Source: Candidatus Saccharimonadota bacterium
Lineage (GTDB): Bacteria; Patescibacteriota; Microgenomatia; UBA1406; GWC2-37-13
Length of the DNA stretch: 32,000 bases
NCBI GenBank assembly: GCA_016432445.1
Contig: CP066689.1
Location: 990,001 to 1,022,000, forward strand
Direction of reading: 5' to 3'
Shown here: positions 16,359-23,683 of the stretch, one piece after another
Position numbering within the stretch: position 1 is the first letter of the stretch
Layout of the letters: every line of letters begins with the position of its first letter
The notes under the pieces: model-generated
The model's input: only the letters and a program-made list of their open reading frames with translations
The model's database searches: none
Told to the model about the DNA's origin: nothing
Position numbers and translations under genes: made by a program

Positions 16359-16449
16359 TAAATGTCAAAGCTCAAATGTCAAAATAAATCCAAATTACAA
16401 AATCCAAATCATTTGTCATTTGACATTTGAACTTTGGATTTTGGATTTC
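16359..16449. repeat. Intergenic 'word' palindrome, family A copy 1 (words AAATGTCAAA/TTTGACATTT and AAATCCAAA/TTTGGATTT)
   Basis: AAATGTCAAA at 16360-16369 and 16375-16384 is complementary to TTTGACATTT at 16419-16428. CAAAATCCAAA (16398-16408) is complementary to TTTGGATTTTG (16433-16443). It shares AAATGTCAAAGCTCAAAT exactly with copy 2. It lies between divergent genes. Confidence 0.85.
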
Positions 16450-16457
16450 AATATAAG

Positions 16458-16466
16458 TGATATACT
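16458..16466 (+). promoter_or_regulatory. Extended -10 promoter candidate (TGaTATACT), 6 nt upstream of the ATG at 16473; possible leaderless transcript
   Basis: TGA+TATACT at 16458-16466. There is no Shine-Dalgarno sequence, and the ATG begins at 16473. Confidence 0.3.
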
Positions 16467-16472
16467 TTTCTT

Positions 16473-17201
16473 ATGTCTTGTCCCAACTGCAGCACCAGTT
16501 TAACTCCAGTAGACTTTCACCATTTGGAAATTCTCCATTGTAAAAACTGCGGATGTACGTTTTTTGAGGATTATGCAATCAATAGAATTGATGTGAGTTT
16601 TGCCAATAAACTAGCTTTTGATAAACTCAGCGATTATATCTCAGGTAGCGAAAAATTATGCCCGCGTGATCAGTCTCCCCTATCTCAGATGTCTACTGAG
16701 TCTATACCTCAAGATGTTCAGCTTCTCCAGTGCGGCAAATGTAAAGGAATATTTGCTTATCCTGATGATCTTATGAGGTTTAAACTCGCCCAGAATGCCA
16801 AGATTAATTATTTTAAAGCCTGGAATATACCACCTGCATTAAGATCTTTGCTTGTTTTAAGCCTCATTGCTACTGTATCAATGGCTGTTTTCGGCAAATC
16901 AGTACTCTTTAATAACAAACCTACCAAAGCTGATGATATCGTAAAAAGCATTAACACATCCGTATCTGGAAGATTATTGTTTGTTTCCTTTAGAACTCAA
17001 GTTCCTTACTCTTCCCGAATAATTTTTCTTGATAAAACCTCAAACTCAAAAAATGAGAAAGTAATAAGCGCCGCTCAAACAAAGCTTCATTATTTAGTTG
17101 TCAGCGATATTGACATTTCTCACGACATTTTTTATCAAATCATTGTCACTGATAAATCAGGTAAAGAGGTTAAAACGAGCGAACTCAAACTCCGTAGATA
17201 A
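16473..17201 (+). CDS. Membrane protein with two N-terminal zinc-ribbon motifs (zf-TFIIB-like), one TM segment and a C-terminal extracytoplasmic domain
   Basis: First ribbon: CPNC-x17-CKNCGCTFF. Second, degenerate ribbon: LCPRD...CGKCKGIFAYPDDL. TM segment: LRSLLVLSLIATVSMAVFG. A beta-rich tail follows. Confidence 0.7.
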   Translation: MSCPNCSTSLTPVDFHHLEILHCKNCGCTFFEDYAINRIDVSFANKLAFDKLSDYISGSEKLCPRDQSPLSQMSTESIPQDVQLLQCGKCKGIFAYPDDLMRFKLAQNAKINYFKAWNIPPALRSLLVLSLIATVSMAVFGKSVLFNNKPTKADDIVKSINTSVSGRLLFVSFRTQVPYSSRIIFLDKTSNSKNEKVISAAQTKLHYLVVSDIDISHDIFYQIIVTDKSGKEVKTSELKLRR

Positions 17202-17204
17202 AGG

Positions 17205-20200
17205 CTATTTTGTTTCCTCAAACAACAAACCGGGCATGTGTTTTCTTCTTAAAGGTTTTGATAAAGTGTCAACATTCTGGAAAGTTTCAGTACGACTAGG
17301 TGTAAAACGGCGCATCTTTTTATATAAGGGTTCTATTCCATCTTTAAACGTATTTATACTAACAAACTGGCCTGTTGCTGGATCTTTTTCAAAATGTTTT
17401 CCGTAAAATTGAGTTCCCATTATCTCCGCACCCATTTTAGGAAGATCATTGGAGTCGTAACTAACTATCGAAGGCATCTCAACTAAACCTGTAGATTCAT
17501 CAAGCGGGATATTAAAATGGACCATTAAGTTAGACCTTACTTTTGCCTTTTCCTGCGGATTAGTAATCCAATACTCAGGATGTTTTTCCTTAGCTCTTTC
17601 CACTGCAGCCGCAATCTTTTTCATTGCTTTTGGATCTTTACCACGATTGTAAATTATTATATTATTGTTGTTGTAATGACTTTCTGGAGACTCTTGTAAC
17701 GCTCCATAGTATAAAGCTAAAGTCGTATAGGCCCAAACATCTTCGTTTTTTAACTCCTCAAATAAAGACAAATATGCTTCTGGAGCGTGGCGATTATGGA
17801 CATAAAAATAAACTCGGGTTATCGGCCGCTCTTTTTTTGTTTCTTCAGTTAATCCGCCAATTTGTAATTTTTCAACCTCCGTTGCATCACGACAAACAAA
17901 GGGAAGTTTTTTGTCAGCTCCATATTCTTGTGGCATTTCTTTTCTTAGTTTTTCAACTCTGTCTAAAGCTTCTTTGTTAAGCCTAACTACTTCATCTTTC
18001 TCTATTGGCGACGGATCGCCTGTTTCTGCTTTTAATCTGTTTATCTCAGCCATTTGGTATTCAATCATTTGGGCATACGATATATTATTTAAAGCTCTTC
18101 GATATTTTTCATAGCCAACCCTTTGGATCTCCTCAAAGCCCCGACCGGCGATAACATTTTCCATATCAACTTCATCTTTAAACTCAGGAAAAATAGATTC
18201 GGCAATGGCAATGGTTTTCTCCCAATACTCTTTCATTTTCACCTCATCATCCAAACCATAGCCTCGTCCAAATTGGCGCAAGTTCTTTTTTTGTTCTTCA
18301 GTAATAGTCTTTGATCTTAGGAATTTATTAAGTATAGGAATTACTTCTTTTTGTTTAGCCAATGGTAAACCATCAAACTTTTGACGAAGTTCCTTTAAAC
18401 GATCTTCATAAAAACCCAATGTTTGGTCATTAATTGATAATGTATAACCGCCATCTCTTAAATATTGGGTAATGGCCAGTGAATCATCTATTTTCATTAA
18501 TTTTTCAACATTGGGCTCATTTGTTACCTTTTGATAAAGAGGATAACCATTCTTATACGGGTAAAGAGGGTCATCAGATTTTTTAGGTTTAATTAAATTC
18601 TTAAACCCGATTATATCTTGATTAAGATATTGTGTAGGCACCCAATGTATAAACCCTCCTAAGGCTAACTGCTTTAAAATATTCCCATGAGATTCTACAG
18701 CCCAAATATTACCAGGTACAGAATCACTGTCTTGAGTCCTTCCAAAAGGCGTTGGGGCTTTAATAATTGTAAAAGCGTTACCATTTTCAATCTCTTGAGG
18801 AGTAAATTTAGTAGCATCTTCAGCGTACATAACAACAGTCCTTTCTCTCCCGCCCCAATCAAATTTAACTACTCTTTTTCCCCCTTTACCTAAAATTCCT
18901 TCTGTTTCATCTGAAATTATTTTTCCACCAATTTTTTGTATTGTTTCATCAGGAAGATAATCATTCCTTAAAGAACCATCTTCATTTATATACACATAAT
19001 CAGTAAAGACAAACTTATCAGCATTAGTAAATGCTAGAGAATAGGCGATATCGCGTCCTGAGCCGGGATAGTAAACCGGTAAACCATTTTTTATAACCTC
19101 AGAATTAGCCGCAATATCTCTGATTTGAGAAGCATTTTCCCATAATTCTTTCGTCGTAAACCATGAAGGATTATCCTTTAGTTTTTCCCAATCAGCATCT
19201 GGTGTTTCTTTATATTCTCTTCGTGGTTTGATTCTGATTCCAAAGTCCTGCTCGAATTTTTTCAATCCCTCTATCTCTTCAGGTTTCAAATCAGATCTAA
19301 AACCATTACAAAGTAGCCCCATATACAATGAATACCCTACGCAGTTAATATTATCGTGCGGCTTTTGAAGTACTGGAAAAGCGTTATCTGGCAAATCTTG
19401 GATTAAATCATAACTTTCGCCTGAACAAATCTTTTCAATTAATTTTGGATTAGTCTTTATTTCCCACTCCTTTCTATCAATTTTAATATTTAGGTTTAGG
19501 CCACGATATACGCCATCCGCTTGTTTATGCGCATGGACAAAAGGATTATGAGCTTCATCAAATTCATCAGCTATTAGCTCCGTTTTACCCTTATATGGGT
19601 CATAAGTTATCAATCTCCATTTGCCGTTAACATCCTTCGTCGGTGCCTTTAATAGAAAAGTCTGATGCCACATTCGTTGTCCCTGACCATTCAATATAGC
19701 CATAGGAAGATTGTATCTTTCAGCTGCATTAAATACTGCGTTTTGATCCATTAATCCCCGCGGATTAGGCACTAACCATCTATTAATAAAAGCTCCAACA
19801 TCAGTTATTTCATCACTATTTCTTAATTGTTGGATAAAGGCTTCTGCTCCGCGCTTAATACTTTCCGGATCATCAGCGGAGATCTCAATAATCTCCTTTT
19901 TTGTTTCATCTTCTTTTGTTTTCGTTCGATTTTCTTTTTGCTGAGTTTTTGATGTCGTAATCTCTCCCGTTCTACCATTCCATACGAAAGTTAGTAATCT
20001 TTTTTCTTCATCTGTTAATCTATTGATTTTAGATTTTTCTTGGGTTTCAACTTGAGTCTTTTCATTAACTTGGGTGATAAATGCTTGGCGTAAATCAGTT
20101 TTTTGAACTTTAACTTCAGCATCAATAAGCTGAGTTAAAACTTCAGATGACGTACCCCCAAAGATTTTGGCTATCCATTTGATAGCCGGAAGATCTTGTT

Positions 20201-20717
20201 TTAACTTCTCATAATCTATATTTTGCCCATCAGCATAGGCCTGAACCACCTTACTAATAAATGTTTGAACTTGAGACGCTTTATTATCCCCTTGGAAATA
20301 AGTTGAGTATAGATTTTCAGCGTCATTAATTGTAAATTGCTGTGAGTTTATTCCTATCTTCTCAAAAAATTTATCCCATCCAGCATTGTTGAAATACTCT
20401 TTTGAAGTTTGAAAAGCTGAGGTAGTTTGTTCAAGCCATAATTTCTTTTGCGCTTCAAAACCTTGTACATTTTGACCTCTCCAATAATCTTTTCTTTCCC
20501 TAGTTGAAGCAGTAGATAAATATTTGTAAGTGGTTTGTTCTCTTACCACAAGACTAACTGAGAGTGAGTTCTCATCCAAGTCAGGCATATCATGATCTGG
20601 ATTTAGTGCTTGTCCTCCAAGAAGCAGTCTTGACTGTAAACCAATTAACCCTTTTTTAAACTGAAGCCGTTCAGGTATTTTTAATGCATCAGGAGCTGGA
20701 ACAGGATTCTCTGACAT
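17205..20717 (-). CDS. Giant (1170 aa) multidomain protein: central CE-clan cysteine-protease-like domain, a Rossmann-like GxG module, and a C-terminal module shared with the 2236-aa protein
   Basis: Uninterrupted 3.5-kb ORF. Candidate catalytic residues are His351 (MWHQTFLLK), Asp373 (LITYDPY), Gln451 and Cys459 (LQKPHDNINCVGYSLYMG; Cys codon = complement of 19341-19343). The Rossmann-like motif is VYYPGSGRDIAYSLAFTNADKFVFTDY. The C-terminal module begins ITRVYFYVHNRHAPEAY...IIIYNRGKD. Confidence 0.85.
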   Translation of the reverse strand: MSENPVPAPDALKIPERLQFKKGLIGLQSRLLLGGQALNPDHDMPDLDENSLSVSLVVREQTTYKYLSTASTRERKDYWRGQNVQGFEAQKKLWLEQTTSAFQTSKEYFNNAGWDKFFEKIGINSQQFTINDAENLYSTYFQGDNKASQVQTFISKVVQAYADGQNIDYEKLKQDLPAIKWIAKIFGGTSSEVLTQLIDAEVKVQKTDLRQAFITQVNEKTQVETQEKSKINRLTDEEKRLLTFVWNGRTGEITTSKTQQKENRTKTKEDETKKEIIEISADDPESIKRGAEAFIQQLRNSDEITDVGAFINRWLVPNPRGLMDQNAVFNAAERYNLPMAILNGQGQRMWHQTFLLKAPTKDVNGKWRLITYDPYKGKTELIADEFDEAHNPFVHAHKQADGVYRGLNLNIKIDRKEWEIKTNPKLIEKICSGESYDLIQDLPDNAFPVLQKPHDNINCVGYSLYMGLLCNGFRSDLKPEEIEGLKKFEQDFGIRIKPRREYKETPDADWEKLKDNPSWFTTKELWENASQIRDIAANSEVIKNGLPVYYPGSGRDIAYSLAFTNADKFVFTDYVYINEDGSLRNDYLPDETIQKIGGKIISDETEGILGKGGKRVVKFDWGGRERTVVMYAEDATKFTPQEIENGNAFTIIKAPTPFGRTQDSDSVPGNIWAVESHGNILKQLALGGFIHWVPTQYLNQDIIGFKNLIKPKKSDDPLYPYKNGYPLYQKVTNEPNVEKLMKIDDSLAITQYLRDGGYTLSINDQTLGFYEDRLKELRQKFDGLPLAKQKEVIPILNKFLRSKTITEEQKKNLRQFGRGYGLDDEVKMKEYWEKTIAIAESIFPEFKDEVDMENVIAGRGFEEIQRVGYEKYRRALNNISYAQMIEYQMAEINRLKAETGDPSPIEKDEVVRLNKEALDRVEKLRKEMPQEYGADKKLPFVCRDATEVEKLQIGGLTEETKKERPITRVYFYVHNRHAPEAYLSLFEELKNEDVWAYTTLALYYGALQESPESHYNNNNIIIYNRGKDPKAMKKIAAAVERAKEKHPEYWITNPQEKAKVRSNLMVHFNIPLDESTGLVEMPSIVSYDSNDLPKMGAEIMGTQFYGKHFEKDPATGQFVSINTFKDGIEPLYKKMRRFTPSRTETFQNVDTLSKPLRRKHMPGLLFEETK

Positions 20718-20733
20718 AAAATAAATATAACAT

Positions 20734-20763
20734 AGATATTCGATGATCGAATGTCGAATATCT
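20734..20763. promoter_or_regulatory. Perfect 10-bp inverted repeat (AGATATTCGA-n10-TCGAATATCT) between the galT stop and the 1170-aa gene start; a terminator or an operator
   Basis: Arms at 20734-20743 and 20754-20763, with an extra TCGAAT copy at 20747-20752. On the minus strand it is followed by the T-rich CTATGTTATATTTATTTT, which runs directly into the ATG at 20717. Confidence 0.4.
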
Positions 20764-20783
20764 AAGATTTTAAGATTAAAGAT

Positions 20784-21668
20784 CTAATATCTTTTTAGTT
20801 TTTTCATCACATCCGCCACTCTCTCATCCTCTCCCCTAAGTGCTGATGCCGCATCAATAGGATCAATGACATTAACCGATAAACCTGTGCCAAGTTCAAA
20901 ACCGGCCCGATGAATAAATCGCGGAATGACCCGAAGATACCAATTTTCTTTTGGATAAATGTAAAAATTGTAACCAAAAGGAATGATATTCCATTTACTG
21001 TCCTCTTTATGAATTTTTTTTAAACGTTTGATTATTTTTTTTAAAAGTTCAGCAATATCTTCGATTTCCTTATCATCAATATCACCAAAAACTCCCTCCT
21101 TTTTTTTGGGTGCCAGCCAAACCTCATAAGGCCATTGAGAAAATTCCGGACAATAAACATGGAAATATTTGTTTTCATTAATAACATTATGCAAAGGTTC
21201 ACTTGAGACCAAGTCCAAATTTATCTGAAAAGGAATAACCACAAGCTGTGAATGAGAATGTTTCACCGAAGCTCCAGCATGCTCCCCATGATTACAAAAG
21301 ATCATTACCTCTCCTTTTTCTTTGTAAAAATTAAATCGTGCTTTATAGGTTTGAAAAATGAGGGTAATCTCACTTAAAGAAAAGCTGTCAATATCTTTTT
21401 CATGATCTGGCGAATGAATAATGACTTCATGAAAATCCGTAATCGGAAATTTATTGGGAATGACTCTAACTTTCCATCCTGGTTTGTCTTTTTCCCCCTC
21501 CCCCATACGAAAAACTTCAGGGCCAGTCACCTTTTCATTGCCTGGACAAAAAGGACAGTTTAATTTAGAGTCATCAGACTCACTGGGGCGATGCAATCTA
21601 TCTGACGCAATTAAAGCCCACCTTCGCGAGGATATATCAGGAACATATTTAGACATAATAAATTTCAA
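20784..21668 (-). CDS. galT: Galactose-1-phosphate uridylyltransferase-like (GalT/HIT superfamily) nucleotidyltransferase
   Basis: Zn-site CPFCPGNE and active-site HSHSQL (the HxHxQ motif of GalT). The start is ambiguous: the first 4 codons overlap repeat copy 2, so the ATG at 21656 (MSKYVPD) may be the true start. Confidence 0.75.
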   Translation of the reverse strand: MKFIMSKYVPDISSRRWALIASDRLHRPSESDDSKLNCPFCPGNEKVTGPEVFRMGEGEKDKPGWKVRVIPNKFPITDFHEVIIHSPDHEKDIDSFSLSEITLIFQTYKARFNFYKEKGEVMIFCNHGEHAGASVKHSHSQLVVIPFQINLDLVSSEPLHNVINENKYFHVYCPEFSQWPYEVWLAPKKKEGVFGDIDDKEIEDIAELLKKIIKRLKKIHKEDSKWNIIPFGYNFYIYPKENWYLRVIPRFIHRAGFELGTGLSVNVIDPIDAASALRGEDERVADVMKKLKRY

Positions 21669-21746
21669 ATGTCAAAGCTCAAATTTAAAAATCCAAATTC
21701 CAAACATTCATTTGATATTTGTCATTTGACATTTGGATTTGACATT
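21665..21746. repeat. Intergenic 'word' palindrome, family A copy 2
   Basis: AAATGTCAAA (21667-21676) is complementary to TTTGACATTT (21725-21734). AAATCCAAAT (21689-21698) is complementary to ATTTGGATTT (21731-21740). The two right arms overlap, so the two pairings are mutually exclusive. It lies between divergent genes. Confidence 0.85.
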
Positions 21747-21803
21747 CTGACTATATTTTAACCTTACCTAAAATAATTTTTAAAATCAATTATAATTTGC
21801 TTT

Positions 21804-22379
21804 ATGAAACTGCTTATCGGTTTAGGTAATCCAGGAAAAAAATATATAAATAACCGTCATAATGTGGGGTTTATGTTTGTTGATTACATCATTAACTCTG
21901 TTAACCAAAATTTTGACTTAAAAAAAGATAACAAACTTAAAGCTAACGTTTATAAACTCAAGTTTAATGGTGAAGATTTCATTGTTGCTAAGCCTCAAAC
22001 TTTCATGAATCTTTCAGGTAATGCCGTTCAAAAAATAATTTCAAATTTCAAATTACAAATTTCAAATTTAATCGTTGTTCACGATGATTTGGACATTCCT
22101 TTAGGTAAATTTAAAATCCAAAAAGGAGTTGGTCCTAAACTTCATAACGGCTTAACGTCAATTGAAGAAAGCCTAAAAACAAAGGATTTCTTAAGAATCC
22201 GCATTGGTGTTGAAAATAGATCTGAAGAAAATAGATTGCCCGGAGAAGCCTATGTTCTCCAAGACTTTACTACTGAAGAGAAGGAAATAATTACTAAAGT
22301 CTTTGAAGAAATACGTAAAAAGCTAATTGATTCAAGATTCATGATTCAGGATTCAAGAGGTTTTATTCATGAATCGTAA
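21804..22379 (+). CDS. pth: Peptidyl-tRNA hydrolase
   Basis: Canonical Pth motifs: LIGLGNPGKKYINNRHNVGF, MNLSGNAV, VVHDDLDIPLGKFKIQKG, HNGLTSI. TATAAT at 21791-21796 lies 7 nt before the ATG. The last ~16 codons (DSRFMIQDSRGFIHES) are encoded by a palindromic repeat. Confidence 0.9.
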   Translation: MKLLIGLGNPGKKYINNRHNVGFMFVDYIINSVNQNFDLKKDNKLKANVYKLKFNGEDFIVAKPQTFMNLSGNAVQKIISNFKLQISNLIVVHDDLDIPLGKFKIQKGVGPKLHNGLTSIEESLKTKDFLRIRIGVENRSEENRLPGEAYVLQDFTTEEKEIITKVFEEIRKKLIDSRFMIQDSRGFIHES

Positions 22380-22396
22380 ATCTTGAATCATGAATC
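22329..22396 (+). terminator. Imperfect AT-rich hairpin built from GATTCA/TGAATC words, spanning the pth stop codon; candidate terminator
   Basis: GATTCATGAT (22336-22345) pairs with ATCATGAATC (22387-22396), and TCAAGA (22353-22358) pairs with TCTTGA (22381-22386). An ATTCATGAAT palindrome sits in the loop. The pth stop is at 22377-22379. The downstream sequence is moderately T-rich. Confidence 0.35.
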
Positions 22397-22462
22397 ATCT
22401 TACCTTTCTCTTACCCACTTCTTATTGAAAAACTAACATTTTTTTTTATAGTTTCTCAACAT

Positions 22463-23683
22463 ATGAAAATACTTTATCTTTACATGTTTCCCTTATGGGG
22501 TAATGGCTCAGGCGCTTGGCTAACCAGACTCGTACATAAACTCAAGCTCCTTTATGAACAAGATTTTGAAGCCGCTATCATTGCACCTGATCATAGGACT
22601 CTTGATGACGCTAAAATCTTTAGAGCCATACCTCCTTTTACTGGCGTATTTGTAGGTAATCCCGAGCTCCCCAATGCCAAAAGATATATGGACATCTCTA
22701 ACTCTCAGCATCTTTTTATTTATAACTACTATCTCCAACTAACTACTAAATCTATTGAAAAATTTAAACCTGACCTCATTCATGCTTTTCATACTGCTTT
22801 TCTTCCTCCGCTTGCCAGACAGATAAGTGATTTTTACAAAATTCCCTTTATTATCTCCACTCACGGCAGTGATCTTTACTATTTTAAAGAAGATTATCGC
22901 TGGCGATCACAGGTAAAAGATGCATCAATCCGTGCCAAATTCATTATTGCCAACAGCAACTTTACAAGAAACTGGTATCTGCAGATGTTTGGCCGCGATC
23001 TATATCGAAAAATGAAAACTATCCCTGCCGGTATTGATAACAATATTGATTTTTCCAAAGATGTTTCCTGGATAGATGAAAAATATCATTTTACTTTTCA
23101 AAAGATGGTTCTTTTTACAGGCAGACTAACCAAACACAAAGGTGTCGATTACCTTATCAAAGCCGCAAGACAGATCAAAGCTGAGATTGTAATCTTAGGT
23201 GATGGACCTGAAAGGGGATATCTTGAGAAACTTATTAAGCAATGCAACCTGCAAAATGTTCATATGCTTGGATACTTCTCTCAACGACTTGGTGCCATAA
23301 ATGACTTTTATCTTAGGGCTGATGTTTACGTTGCTCCAAGTGTCTGGGATGAACCCCTGGGTTTAGTAATCCTAGAGGCTATGGCTTATAAAACTCCTGT
23401 TATTGTCACAAGAAAAGGCGGCGTCACTACTATTGTTAAAGATGGATTAAATGGACTTTTAGTTAGACCAAGAAGCGCAAACATTATTGCCCAACAAGTC
23501 AACTATTTGCTTAAAAATGATAAAATACGTCTGAAAATGAGTGAAAACGCTTATAAAACCGTGCTTAATAAATTCAGCTGGGAAAAAATCGCCGCCAAAT
23601 TTTACCATCTTTACCAAAAATCAACAAATCTAAAAAATATAACGATTATAACTTTTATAACAATTATAACCGTTATACGATGA
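22463..23683 (+). CDS. Glycosyltransferase family 4 (GT-B, retaining type)
   Basis: GT4 pattern: FTGRLTKHKGVDYLIKA...ILGDGPE...VYVAPSVWDEPLGLVILEAMAYKTPVIVTRKGG...DGLNGLLV. The C-terminal tail NITIITFITIITVIR is encoded by the TTATAAC repeat. It has an ATGA overlap with the next gene. Confidence 0.85.
   Translation: MKILYLYMFPLWGNGSGAWLTRLVHKLKLLYEQDFEAAIIAPDHRTLDDAKIFRAIPPFTGVFVGNPELPNAKRYMDISNSQHLFIYNYYLQLTTKSIEKFKPDLIHAFHTAFLPPLARQISDFYKIPFIISTHGSDLYYFKEDYRWRSQVKDASIRAKFIIANSNFTRNWYLQMFGRDLYRKMKTIPAGIDNNIDFSKDVSWIDEKYHFTFQKMVLFTGRLTKHKGVDYLIKAARQIKAEIVILGDGPERGYLEKLIKQCNLQNVHMLGYFSQRLGAINDFYLRADVYVAPSVWDEPLGLVILEAMAYKTPVIVTRKGGVTTIVKDGLNGLLVRPRSANIIAQQVNYLLKNDKIRLKMSENAYKTVLNKFSWEKIAAKFYHLYQKSTNLKNITIITFITIITVIR
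23633..23679. repeat. TTATAAC-word element, copy 1 (24 nt identical to 30906-30929)
   Basis: The sequence is AAAAATATAACGATTATAACTTTTATAACAATTATAACCGTTATACG. TTATAACAATTATAACCGTTATAC at 23655-23678 equals 30906-30929. It ends immediately before the ATG at 23680. Confidence 0.85.

Noticed and set aside
17098-17406. A 102-aa plus-strand ORF bridging the zinc-ribbon gene and the 3' end of the 1170-aa gene.
   Set aside because: It overlaps two better-supported genes in other frames or on the other strand, and it has no recognisable motifs.
1-20717. Classifying the island as a known polymorphic-toxin, CDI, Rhs, T6SS or T7SS locus, or as a mobile element.
   Set aside because: I saw no RHS/YD repeats, haemagglutinin repeats, PAAR, VgrG, WXG/LXG, small immunity-like genes after toxin tips, transposase, integrase or flanking direct repeats.
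22039-22070. The low-complexity TTTCAAATTTCAAATTACAAATTTCAAATTTA inside pth looked like a repeat element inserted into the gene.
   Set aside because: The encoded ISNFKLQISNLIVVHDD aligns in length and position with the normal Pth segment preceding the VVHDDLD motif. There is no insertion, only AT-rich codon bias.
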